A stretch of 64,000 nucleotides of DNA from Octopus sinensis. Taxonomy: Eukaryota. Below the pieces are notes generated by a model that was given only the letters and a program-made list of their open reading frames with translations, was not told the origin of the DNA and ran no database searches. Shown here one piece after another: positions 39,612 through 52,212 of this stretch. The position numbers were made by a program, and so were the translations under genes. The stretch is taken from positions 29,574,001-29,638,000 of the forward strand of contig NC_043018.1 of assembly GCF_006345805.1 (NCBI RefSeq), given 5' to 3'. Positions within the stretch are counted from its first letter, which is position 1, and every line of letters begins with the position of its first letter.

Positions 39612-40398
39612 AAAACTAAAAATAAGGGTGTCTGAGAGACACCACCATGCGGAAATAGCAGTCAAAATCCTGACTTTAAAAACCGCGTTAAATGTTCATA
39701 TCGTACCACGAGATAAGACAGAGGGACAAAATAGACTAGCAAAAAATATTATTGAATAATTCAAGATCCAGGATTTCTGGTTTTGCTATAAGTAAGCTTT
39801 AACGTCATCGGTTGAATATATGAAAGTACATAAATACAGATATATTTATGCAGAACGAACTTGTGCATATGTATGTATGGATGTTCGTATATGTAAGTAT
39901 ATGTGTCTTTACTACCCACAAGGGGCTAAACATAGAGGGGACAAACAAGGACAGACAAATGGATTAAGTCGATTACATCGGCCCCAGTGCGTAACTGGTA
40001 CTTAATTTATCGACCCCGAAAGGAAGAAAGGCAAACTCGACCTCGGCGGAATTTGAACTCAGAATGTAGCGACGGGCGAAATACCGCGAAACACCTCGCC
40101 CGGCGTGCTAACGTCTCTGCCAGCTCGCCGCCTTTATATGTAAGTATAACGTTTGTTCTGCATATATATATCTGTATTTATGTACTTTGATATATTCAAC
40201 CGATGATAGTAAAGCTTATTTAAAGCAAAACCAGAAATCCTGGATCTTGAATTATTCAATAATATTTTTGCTAGTCTATTTTGTTCCCCTGTCTTATCTC
40301 ATGGCACGATATGAGTATTTAACGTGGTTTTTAAAGTCAGGGTTTTGACTGCTATTTCGGCATGGTGGTGTCTCTCAGACACCCTTATTTTTAGTTCT
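39612..40398. repeat. about 250-bp inverted repeat arms (39612-39860 / 40151-40398) around a SINE B
   Basis: Arms are roughly 90% identical by eye; a minus-strand SINE B lies at about 39905-40135. Confidence 0.9.
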
Positions 40399-41090
40399 AA
40401 AAAATTATTACCTTTGTACGGTATTTTTTCCCATCGATAATATCGATATTTAAATATCGATATTATCCTTATTTATAAATATATATATATATATGTTGTT
40501 TTTTTCTTTTTCTTTTCTCTTTTTTTGTTGCAGTTATTTGATTGCGGCCACGCTGGAGCACCGCCTTTAGTCGAGCAAATCGACCCCACGACTTATTCTT
40601 TCTAAGCCGAGTACTTATTTTATCGGTTTCTCTTGTCGAACCGCTAATGACGGGGACGTAAACACACCAGCATCGGTTGTCAAGCGATGCTGGGGGCACA
40701 CACTTGAGAATATATAAGCGCTCATGCGCGCATACACTCCTACGAGATACAACAGGTGCACAATATATAATAATATGTATATGATTAAGAGAAATAACTT
40801 CTATTAAGTAATTCAATAGTAAATGACATTTTCTATATTATATAGAAAAAATTTAAATATACTATGATAAATATTATTCCAAAAATCACCAAATTAAATA
40901 AACATTTATATAATTTAGTGATTTTTTAATATAATATCGATAATGTCTTTCAGTATTAAATTACTTAACAGAGGTTGTTCCTCTTAATTATATACATACA
41001 TTATATATATATATATAATACATGTATATATATATGTATATATATATATATTATATATATATATATATATAATACATGTATATATATATG

Positions 41091-41131
<41 letters not shown>

Positions 41132-41592
41132 TAAAAGGAATTCCAACCTTGTCTGATTTTCACGCTATATTATAAGATAATATAATATAATAGAATATTA
41201 AATTCTGCAATCTTCAGGTTCATGTAGTAGTGGTGACAGTCATGCTTCACAATTTTTGACTGTAGCGAGATGATAGAATCTGTGCCTTAAATATAGCTGG
41301 GTAGGCTCCAGATTGCAATTACCGATTGGTTGGTTGAGCTGATTGGTTTAGGCGTCACGCTTTGTTGAACATGTCAAGAGTCCTGTATCTTAACCCTGGG
41401 CGAGGCAGCAATTGTTGGGCTATTTTTAGAAATGTTGTAAATAGCCTTTGTCAGAGATTTTTATACTTTTGTATTTCAATTGTCATCATCATCATTGTCA
41501 GCACCTTAATTATTGTTGCTAGTGGTGATGGTGGTGGCAATAGAACTTTTAACCCTAAATAAGATAATTTTCCTGCTATCTACGTATTATTA

Positions 41593-42320
41593 TTATTGCT
41601 TATTGAGTTCGAATTTATCAATAAAATTCTTTTCTCTGATTTTCCTCTCGCTTTCACTTGGGCTGTGTAATTTGTAGAATGGAAATATTATATATATTTT
41701 CCGACCACATGTTGCTAGGTGGTTACTCAAAGGTATCTGACGGACCTCTGGGTCTCTAATCTGTTGTCGGTGTACACGTGAGCGTTGTGATAGTGCATTT
41801 CCCGTCTGACCTACATATATTTCTTCACAATTTGGGCATTTGATGCAGTAAATTAAATTTCTGCTTTTGCAGTTCAAATTCGCGTTTTTATGAATATTTT
41901 CCCGGTTTTTGTATTTATATATTCGCCGGTATGTATGAATTGGCATGTGCCACATCGGCTATCATTGCATTTAGATACCGTGAATGTTTGGTCTTTGTTG
42001 CTGAGGTCAAATTTTGCCTTTGTTAGTAATGTTTTCAAGTTTTTAGGCTGTCTTTTACTAAGCACCATAGCTCGATCCGTGATTCTGTCTTTTAATTCCT
42101 TACTTTGGGCAATGATTGGTAGGTTTGCTTTGGCAATGTTGAAGATATTCTGGTGACATGGGTTGTGTGTCACTATGAATGGGATGACTTGTTCTTGTTT
42201 TCCTCTTCCTAAAACTCGACGAGGCTGCTGCAGGAGATTGTGGCGAACCCTGCTGTACACTTTCATAAGAACTTTCTCCCAATCTTCCTTCTTGTTTCTC
42301 TTGTATTTGTATTTCGTACT
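41593..42320 (-). pseudogene. Penelope-like element linker plus GIY-YIG endonuclease, one frameshift
   Basis: IPFIVTHNP..LSKRQPKNLKTLLTKAK..SKCNDSRCGTC then CKSRNLIYCIKCPNCEEIYVGQTG..RSRVH. The frameshift is in the A-run at 41885-41889; the 5' side is cut by a SINE tail at about 42320. Confidence 0.92.
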
Positions 42321-42761
42321 GTGTGTCACGCTGAATCTCCCTGAGAACTACATTAAGAGTACAGGTGTCAGTGGTGTGCTCAGCCACTTGCCCGTTCATT
42401 TTACGAGCATTATTACCTGTAGTTTTGCTACTTTTTAGATGAAAACGTTGTGAATTGTAAATAAATTTTGGAAAGGCGTGGGGTATAATTTTTTTTAAAA
42501 TATACTTTACTTAATGTGAAATAATACATGCATCACTAATTGTGTATGTGCGTGCGTGGGGGTGTGCGTGTGCGTGCATGTGTGTGTGCGTGCGCGTGAG
42601 TGCGTGTGCATCTACGTGTGTCTATGCACATGAATATATATATATATATAGTAAGATATACGTAAATAACATATACAGAGATACATTACACAGAGTTGGA
42701 ATCACTATCTCCTATAAACCCAATACGAAATGTACAAAATAAGCATATCTCTGATTTTCAT

Positions 42762-42833
<72 letters not shown>

Positions 42834-44160
42834 GTGTGTGTGCGTGTGTGTACATATGTGTGTATGGGTCTATGCGTATGTGTATCTACGTTTGAATTCA
42901 TATGTTTGTATGCAAAATAAATGTCTATAATGAATAATATATGGAAATGTATATAGATAATATATTGTAATTTACATATATGTATGGTAATATATGTACA
43001 TATTCAGTTACGCTTATCCAATGTTACCGAGACTACTATTTTAACCTCAATTTGGCTGTATTAAAAATATAAATTATAAATATTCATTTGTATTACTTGA
43101 GAAACCTACATACATATATACACACTCATACATATATATATATATATATATATACATATGTAGTATGTACGTATGTATATATATATATATGTAGTATGTA
43201 CGTATGTGTATATATGTATGTAGTATGTACGTATGCATATATATATATATATATATATCCATACACCTTAGTACAGGTCAACACAGACGGAGGCATAAGT
43301 ACATATCGCATATATGCATGTGTTTATGTATGCTTGTATATATACATATGTGTATATATATGCAAATATGTATAAATGTATATATATATAAATATATATA
43401 TCATATGTATATATATATATATATATGCATATCTATATAGACACACACTCGTGAATTTATATATATATACGTATATACAAACACACACAAAGATACATGC
43501 ACATATGTGTGTATATATTTATTTATATATATACAACTATATCATACTTGAGGAACATCAAAAACATGTCATTCACTGCAGATATGTACAGATATCTACA
43601 GCAATACGAAAAAAACATACTGTGAGAGTCACCTTAGGTTTGGGTGTCAGATCATCCCTTAAGGCATTGTACGTTCAATTCTCGTAATTATGAAAAACAA
43701 CTTGGTAACTTCTATATCTTTTTCTCCAGAAAAACTTCCGTTTCTATGCCTGTCTTTCAAAAACCTTGAGTTTGTGTCCTTTGAATATTAGTTATATAAC
43801 ATTTAGAGAATTTCCAGAATTGATATATCAAGGAAGGACAAATATGTAATATAGGTAAATTGAGCGTAATATATATAAGTGAAGGCTGCAAAAGATGGAT
43901 GTTAAGAGGAAAATTATTGTCACAAATATGTGAGGAGCAAGATGTGATAGAAAATAGAGTGAAGGTATCATAGCATAATTCGTTGCAAAGCAGGTGTTCA
44001 TGCATTTTCTGATCTTAATTCAAAAGTGGGCTTCTTCCTAGTTTTCGTAAAAATGATTTGCATTTCCCGATTATCTCACACCTGTTATTTAAATAAATGT
44101 TGATATTCTTCTTTAAAATGTTTTCTTGCTATTATTCCTCTATTTTTTGTTTTATTACAA

Positions 44161-44589
44161 ATTATATAGAGAGATTTACGGAGATGTACGTGCATAGCAA
44201 GTGACTTGATCTGAGATCATGTGTTGGAACGAAAACAATTTCAGCGTGGAAGGTGTTTATAAGCCGTTTAAGAAACACACTAAATCCGTTAGATTCACTT
44301 CAACATTTAAATTTAATTTTGTCAAAATATTTTCGTCGCTTTGAAACCGCGACCTTTTCACTGACAAAATTTCATGCTATACGGAATTTTGTCAGCGAGC
44401 AGAATTTTGTCAGTGAACGGAATTTTGTCAAATGCAGTACGGAGTTTGCCAGGGAACAGGTCGCGGTCTCAAAGCTACGAAAATATTTTGACAAATTAAA
44501 TTTAAATGTTGAAGTGAACATAACGGATTTTGTGTGTTTCTTAAATGGCTTGTAAACATCTTCCACGCTACAATTGTTATATAGAGAGA
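44161..44589 (-). mobile_element. non-autonomous element with about 110-bp internal inverted arms, Helitron-like 5' end
   Basis: Arms 44243-44354 / 44459-44569; internal AATTTTGTCAG repeats. The minus strand starts TCTCTCTATATAA, as at 60605, and the motif recurs at 44162. Confidence 0.6.
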
Positions 44590-44802
44590 AATTAAGAGGA
44601 ATATTATCACCCACATAAACATGGAGGAGACATTGGGGGGGGGACGAGAGAAATGCTGAAACGAGAAAGACATTAATATTCGAGAAGCATTAAAAGTCTA
44701 ATATCAGCATGGAATCAGAGACGCCAAATAAGCGGTGTCAAAGCGTCTTTGACATTAATCTAAAATGGTGGGCAAAAAAATGCTGTGCTAAAGAGAATCT
44801 TT

Positions 44803-45045
44803 ACTCTCTTCTACTCTTTTACTTGTTTCAGTCATTTTGACAGCGGTCATGCTCGAGCACCTCCTTTAGTCGAGCAGATCGACCACAGGACATATTCTTT
44901 GTAAGCCTAGTACTTATTATATCGGTATCTTTTGCCGAACCGCTACGCTTACAAAGAATAAGTCCTGGAGTCGATTTGTTCGACTAAAGGCGGTGCTCTA
45001 GTATGGCTGCAGCCAAATGACTTAAACAAATACAAGACTAAAAGA
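44803..45045. mobile_element. inverted pair of SINE A 3' modules
   Basis: A minus-strand tail switches at about 44946 to a plus-strand tail (GCTTACAAAGAATAAGTCC). Confidence 0.75.
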
Positions 45046-45391
45046 ATATATAGGCACAAATACATGCATGGTTGGGAAACATTGTAATGCAGACATGCGT
45101 ATTCGTATTGTTTTATGTAAGTAGGATTCTATGTATGTATGCGCATATATACGCATGCATTTCTGGAACTAATTATTTCTCAAGTGATCGTTATTATGGT
45201 TCCGCACCTATAAAGCATTTCGTTTTATAGGTAATTCCTCAAACTCAAACGCTGAGGAGACATAACATGTATACAACTGTAGGGAGAAAAGTTTCATTGT
45301 CGGTCAACTTTACAGTTTTAATTTAAGAGATGAGGAATAAAGTACATTATTTACATTCGACGGATATTTGTCCCCATCTTGTTTCTTGTTA

Positions 45392-45435
45392 ACACAACTT
45401 TTCGGCTGATATACCCTCCAGCCTTCATCAGGTGT
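45392..45435 (-). ncRNA. minimal hammerhead, stem III mutated
   Basis: ACAC CTGATGA A GGCTG GAGGGTATAT CAGCC GAA AAGT T GTGT. Stem III AAGT is not self-complementary; ACGT would be. Confidence 0.65.
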
Positions 45436-45719
45436 GTTGGGGAAATTTCGAACCTGGGTTCTTTGTAGAAAACTTTGTAGAAAAAATTTCTCGGAATGAA
45501 ACCCCGCAGGTGCAAACTTGGTGGGCGAGGCGGAGCTCCCCTCTTACATCTGTTCCAGCCATGTCAACAACTACTTTTCGAAATTGGTAGCATTTTTCTA
45601 GTCTGCAAATGAAGAATTCCATATTTGCAAAAGGAATATTTTCTGATGAGGGCATTGACTAAATATTTACTCCTGGAGTTTACAAATGAAACAGGTATTA
45701 GTTTAATAGACTCCACACG

Positions 45720-46890
45720 AGAATTTCTTTCTGTTGTACGCCCAGCGTTAAAAAATATTAGTGAGCTCCCCTAAACGGCAAGCAGAGGCATGCTCATGTA
45801 AGGTTTCTTATAAATTCTCTGTGGGTGGCCGATTCAGCTCCAAGAGTGTAGTGTACGAGGCTGAGGTAGTGACCGGCACTGCCGATCACAGCGGCAGCTT
45901 TCGCTACAGCAACAGCAACGGCACCAACTACAGTTCGTCTGATAGCAATAACAACGGTGGCAGCAGCAATCACACCAGTAGGACACGAAGCAGCTGAACC
46001 AGCAATACCAACAACTACAACAACGGCAACAGCACGGGTTGTGGGTCCGGCAGTAGTAGCTGCAGTAGCGGCAAATGCGATACCAAGATCACGCCTACTA
46101 ATAGCAGCAGCAACGGCAAGGGGAGTCGCAATGGCCCAATGGTTAGGGCAGCGGACTCGCGGTCGGAGGATTGCGGTTTCGATTCCAAGACCGGGCGTTG
46201 TGTGTGTTTATTGAACGAAAACACCTAAAGCTTCACAAGGCTCCGCCAGGGGGTGGTGGCGAACCCTGTCGTAGCCTTTCGCCCCAACTTTCTCTCACTC
46301 TTTCTTCCTGTTTCTTGTCCCCGACTTCCTACGCAACCGCTGAGCCTGGATGGGCATTCATCCATCCGTTGATGCTCTTGGTGTCGGGGGTTAATCTGCT
46401 TTCTCTTTTGCGGGTCTTACGAATAGCAAAGAACCACGTTTCGGACTTCTCCCACTACAGAGGCGCGATCATGCGAGCTTTGGGACGAAGACTGCTTCGC
46501 TCAACAAACAAACAAACAAAGCAGCAACGGCAGAGACGCCAGGAACACCACCAGTGGCAGTGGTAACAATAACATCAATACCACCATCGAGCCCAGCAGA
46601 GACAGCAACATTAACAACAGCGGTTATAAAACCACCAGCACAAAATCACAGACACAGAAATCCGGAGGTCCATTTAAGCAGCGTCTCAGTAAACACAGGT
46701 CTTCTCTAGGGGTACCAGAGAGGCGCAACATCACATCTATGACCAGCAACGCATGTCGTTTAAGAGAGTGTGTACGCCATGCATAATTAAATGAAGGCTC
46801 TTAGAATAACTGGGACCAAATTTTATCGGAAGCAAACAACGTAAAACTTGCTTGACCAAAGGAGAAAGGTTATTGAATAATTCACGCGAT
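45720..46890 (+). pseudogene. decayed PLE GIY-YIG region split by repeats and a SINE
   Basis: ISFCCTPSVKK..CSCK..GGRFSSKSVVYEAEV (45720-45890), then GGPFKQRLSKHRSSL..RLLNNSR (46650-46890). Confidence 0.6.
46120..46520 (+). mobile_element. SINE family C with another distinct tail ending (AAAC)n
   Basis: Standard head and body to about 46315, then a unique tail. Confidence 0.75.
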
Positions 46891-47019
46891 CCGGGAAACT
46901 TTTCAAACTGGGGTCGATTCGTTCGGTTAAAATTCTTCAAGGTATAATATTTGAAACAAATAAAAAGAATACTAAATGGAGTGTAGCGATGTAATTGTAA
47001 CTCCTAATGAAGAAAAAAC

Positions 47020-47585
47020 CGGTTAGCTGGCAGAAACGTTAGCACGCTGGGCGAAGTGCCGGGCAATATTTTGTCTGCCGTTACGTTCTGAGTTCAAATT
47101 CCGCCGAAGTCGACTTTGCCTTTCATTCTTTTGGGGTCGATTAAATAAGTGCCATATAATCGACTTATTCCGTTTGTTTGTCCTTGTTTGTCCCCTCTGT
47201 CTTCAGCCCCTTATGAGGAGTAAAGAAATATGTATTTCGTCTGCCGCTACGTTCTGAGTTCAAATTCCGCCGAGGTCGACTTTGCCTTTCATACTTTCGG
47301 GGTCGATTAAATAAGTAACAGTTACGCAATGGGGTCGATATAATCGACTTAATCCGTCTGTCTGTCCTTGTTTGTCCTCTCTGTGTTTAACCCTTTGTGG
47401 GTAGTAAAGAAATAGGTACTTCGTCTACTGCTACGTTCTGAGTTCAAATTCCACCGACGTCGACTTTGCCTTTCATTTTTTCGGGGTACCAGTTACGCAT
47501 TGGAGTCGATATAATCGACTTAATCCGTTTGTCTGTCCTTGTTTGTCACCTTTATGTTTAGCCCCTTGTGGGTAATAAAGAAATA
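47020..47585 (+). mobile_element. head-to-tail array of three SINE B long-tail units
   Basis: The tail GTAAAGAAATAGGTA runs directly into TTTCGTCTGCCG of the next unit; period about 185-190 bp. Confidence 0.9.
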
Positions 47586-47809
47586 AGAAAAAAAAACAAC
47601 GTAAATTGTAATTCTTATTAGAGTCCCAGGGATAGAATTCCAGAAATTAACTTGATAACAAGGTGAAATAATTTTCTCGGGCCAGAGAGGAATCCGACAT
47701 TTGGTACCTACAGAGACAACTCTGTCTTACTAAACTGGTGTTATGAGCCTATGTCTCAAGAAGGACTTTTGTTGTATGGATATGTACATGCATGCATGTA
47801 AATATGCGA

Positions 47810-47845
<36 letters not shown>

Positions 47846-48084
47846 ATACTGAATTGATTTTCATATAATATCATTCAGAAATCACGAGGTAACTTGTTCA
47901 CAAAAATGTCCACTCATATTCAGAATACACATTCATATATACGGTACATATACAGACACACAGACATGTATGCAAATACATGTGTATCCACACACATACA
48001 CAAATATAAATATTTATATACTGTATGTGTACACATATATCTACATACGCAACTCTATACACATATATAGAGAGAGACAATGAT

Positions 48085-48195
48085 AAATAGATAGATAGAT
48101 AGATATATAGATAGATAGATAAATAGATAGATAGACAGATAGATAGATAGATAAATAAATAGGTAGGTAGGTAAGTAGGTAGGTAGGTAAGTAGG

Positions 48196-48232
<37 letters not shown>

Positions 48233-48233
48233 T

Positions 48234-48269
<36 letters not shown>

Positions 48270-48315
48270 TATAGATAAATAGATAGATAGATAAATAGAT
48301 AGATATGTAGGTAGG

Positions 48316-48351
<36 letters not shown>

Positions 48352-48370
48352 ATGATAGATAGATAGATTC
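48085..48370. repeat. (GATA)/(GGTA)/(GACA) tetranucleotide array
   Basis: Direct reading. Confidence 0.95.
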
Positions 48371-48582
48371 GTACATAAATACGTATGCCTATTCGTTGTT
48401 ATATGGCGGATGTAATTCTGTATTCAGAAATCAATGAGAAGAGCAGGTGTATATGAAGTTATACAATTGATGTGTCAACATTAATTATACATACGTTGTG
48501 CCGACAATAATTCTTGCTACACACCAGCCACAAAAACTACTACTAGTTGACTACCACTACGATTACAACTATCAGTACAACA

Positions 48583-48633
<51 letters not shown>

Positions 48634-49020
48634 GCTGTTACTACTACTAAGATTACAGCTGTTGCTATTACAATTATTCCTTTTACTGGAATATATTGTT
48701 TTCTTCCAGAGCAAAGCTTTTGTTTCCAAGAATTCAGTTTTCCGTGCTTCATATTTAATTTCTTTTCATCGTCGCCATTGTCTTTCGTATTGTGAATTAC
48801 TTTGAGCATACATTTTTACATGCATATATATGTCTGTGTGTATGTAAGTGTGTGTGTGTGTGTTGTTGGGAGTATGTGTGTTGTGCGGTGTGTGTGTGCG
48901 TATGTAGGGTGTAATTGCATGTGTGGTTATGTGATTTGCACAAATTTATTTGTAGCATACACACACACAGACACAACACACACACACACACAAACACACA
49001 CATATATATATATATATATA

Positions 49021-49930
49021 TTGTTTTCTTCTCATTGTTCTGTCTTTTACTGTTTTTACTTTTTTATTTGTTTTTACTGTTTTGTTCTCACTGTCCTGTT
49101 CTTCTTACCACTTTCACCCTCCGCAAAAATTTTATTTTATTTGCTTTACGAGGACTGTTTCAACGAAGTTGCGTGTTGTCCTTACCCCCGTAAAGCGGAG
49201 TATGTGAAACAGGGACAACTGAAAAAGGGGAATATTCGTTAAATTGTATATCTCGTTTCTTTGTTTGTTTGCTTTTTTCGTTGTTCGAAAAAAAATCGTT
49301 TCTATGGTTCTGTTTTTATGTTTTCGTTTCATATTGTGTTCAATGTTTTTTTATGTCCTGTATCATATATGCATGTTTATATACATATATATGTAGGCAT
49401 GTACATGTATGTATGTATATATGCATATATTCATATATTATTTATATAATAATATATTATATATATATATATAATATATATATATATATATTGTTTTCTT
49501 CTCATTGTTCTGTCTTTTACTGTTTTTACTTTTTTATTTGTTTTTACTGTTTTGTTCTCACTGTCCTGTTCTTCTTACCACTTTCACCCTCCGCAAAAAT
49601 TTTATTTTATTTGCTTTACGAGGACTGTTTCAACGAAGTTGCGTGTTGTCCTTACCCCCGTAAAGCGGAGTATGTGAAACAGGGACAACTGAAAAAGGGG
49701 AATATTCGTTAAATTGTATATCTCGTTTCTTTGTTTGTTTGCTTTTTTCGTTGTTCGAAAAAAAATCGTTTCTATGGTTCTGTTTTTATGTTTTCGTTTC
49801 ATATTGTGTTCAATGTTTTTTTATGTCCTGTATCATATATGCATGTTTATATACATATATATGTAGGCATGTACATGTATGTATGTATATATGCATATAT
49901 TCATATATTATTTATATAATAATATATTAT
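49021..49930. repeat. 470-bp tandem duplication including its (TA)n flank
   Basis: Units start at 49021 and 49491 and read as identical; a diverged reverse copy lies at 54466-54735. Confidence 0.92.
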
Positions 49931-49932
49931 AT

Positions 49933-49976
<44 letters not shown>

Positions 49977-50659
49977 GCCTTACTTTAAGAGCTTGGTTCT
50001 AAGTTCAGTCTCACTACATCGTAGTATCTTGGACTAGTGTCTGGTACCAGTGTCTCTGGCTGACAAAAGACCTATGAGTGGATTCAGGAGATGGAAACTG
50101 AACGACACCCGTCGCGTATGTATGTATGTGTGTGTCTGTTTGTCTGTCTGACTGTCTCTCCGCTTGTGTTTGTCACCCGCTTCCTGTATCGGTGTGTTTA
50201 TCCACCCCCGTCTCCATAAATTAGCGGTTTAATAATAAAAAGAAACGCCGATGGAATAAATGCCTGGCTTTAAAAAATAAGTACTGGGGTTGATATATTC
50301 GACTATAAATTCTTCAAGGCAGTGCCCCAGCATGGCCACAGTCTAATGACTGAAAGAAGTAAAAGATAATATACATATACACACACACGCACATTCATTA
50401 GCGCAGGTATCGTTGTATGGGTAAAAAGATCGGTTTACAACCACATCTTTTCTGGTTCAGTCCCACTACACGATTCCTAGAACAAGTCTCAATATATATA
50501 TATATGGTTCCAGACCAACAAATAGTTCCTTAGTGAATTTGGTAAACAGAATCTGTGTGGAATCTAATCAAACACACATACACAAACACACACACACACA
50601 CACACACACACGCACGCACACAACCACACACGCACACACACAACCACATACACACACAC

Positions 50660-50737
<78 letters not shown>

Positions 50738-51879
50738 GCACATACACATATATATGTTAGCGGATTGACAAAATCATTTCAATTCTATGCTCCAGTATGG
50801 CCGCAGTCCGATGACTGATACAACTAAAAGAAAGAAAACATCTTCATCAGTGTATTGCTTTGTACTAACTACTTTGATTTGTGCTTCTGACATCCAGGTG
50901 AAAAACAGGTAATGCAGGTGATAAACTATTCTCACTTAAAATCCAATACTTAGCGGCTGCACTAAATGTTCGTCTTCAAAATCTTCTATATCTTTTTTTA
51001 AAATCTTTTTCGTTAAAACTTTCAAAAGACATTTATGAACGAAAAGAATTGAATTTACATTAGATTGTATTGTGCAAACAACGTCTTCATTTGTAGACAT
51101 GTTACTTCTAAAGCGACGAACGAGCGGAGTCGCGAGAGCATCAGATAAATTGCCTTGAGGTATTCAGCGCGCCATCGAAATCAACTTTCACTTTCACTTT
51201 GCCAGGGTTAAAAGATAAAATACAATTTTTGTACTAATGTTCATTAATCTCTTTCTTTCCTGCTCATCCATTCCCTTCCAATCTCCTTCTTTTTCTCATT
51301 CTCTTTCTGGAGAATTCGTTTGCTGTTAAAACTCGTAATGACTCCGCTCTGTCAGGTCATCAAACTCTCCATAATACTGATTCCAAATTTTGGCACAAGG
51401 CCTGCAAGGGCAGGCAATGAAGCAAATCGATTATATCGGCCCCAACTGCTCAACGAAAACTATTTTATCGATCCCTAGGAATGAAAAGCTAGGTCGTCCT
51501 CGGCGGAAATTCTCCAGAATATTGTGCATTGTCACATCAGCGCCGTCACTATCTACATTTCCATTTGAAAATATTATTTTGTCTATCTAATAATGTTACC
51601 TAAATAAGATTTAAGTTAACGAAAACCACCTGTTTTTAATCATTCCCTTAATAATTGAGTTAATGAGGTAATCACTGTCGTTTACGACTGTTGAAGAATT
51701 GTTGGCTGACAACCTATCAGAGCCGCTCATTTGTTTACAAGACAAATAAATTACAATTAGTGACAATTACCAAAGCACACAAGATTTATTGATTTATATC
51801 TTCTTTCGTTTTCAATTTAGATTTTTTAGCCAAATGAATCGACCATAGCACTTAAATTTTTTAAAAGCCTGGTAATTAT

Positions 51880-51991
51880 TCTAGCGGTCACTTTTGGCGA
51901 GCCGTTAGTTTACGAGGACGTAAACTTACCAACACCGGTTTTGAGGCGTTGCCGAGGGAAAACACATATAGAAAATTACACACCCTCTTTC

Positions 51992-52022
<31 letters not shown>

Positions 52023-52212
52023 CGCTCTCTCTTTTCACACACACAAACATGAACACACATATATATGACGAGTTTCAGTTTCCGTCTACCAAATCCACTC
52101 ACAATGCTTTGGTCGGCCTGTGGATATAGAGGGCACTCGCCCATGGTGCCACCCAGTGGGAGTGAACTCGGAAACATGTGGTTGGGAAGCAAACCTCTTA
52201 CCACACAGCTAC
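51880..52212 (-). mobile_element. SINE family A, degenerate
   Basis: Head and partial tail with a (CT)n linker. Confidence 0.7.

Noticed and set aside
41170-41225. Minus-strand CTGAAGA downstream of the PLE ORF
   Set aside because: The position is right for a pseudo-LTR HHR, but I could not find stem II closure or a properly placed GAAA.
45636-45668. CTGATGAGGGCA flanked by AATATTT/AAATATT
   Set aside because: The GAAA half is absent; it may be a deleted HHR but this is not supportable.
46425-46472. Minus-strand CTGTAGTG-GGA-GAAG-TCC-GAAACGTG as a hammerhead
   Set aside because: A9 is missing, position 17 is G, and stem I does not form.
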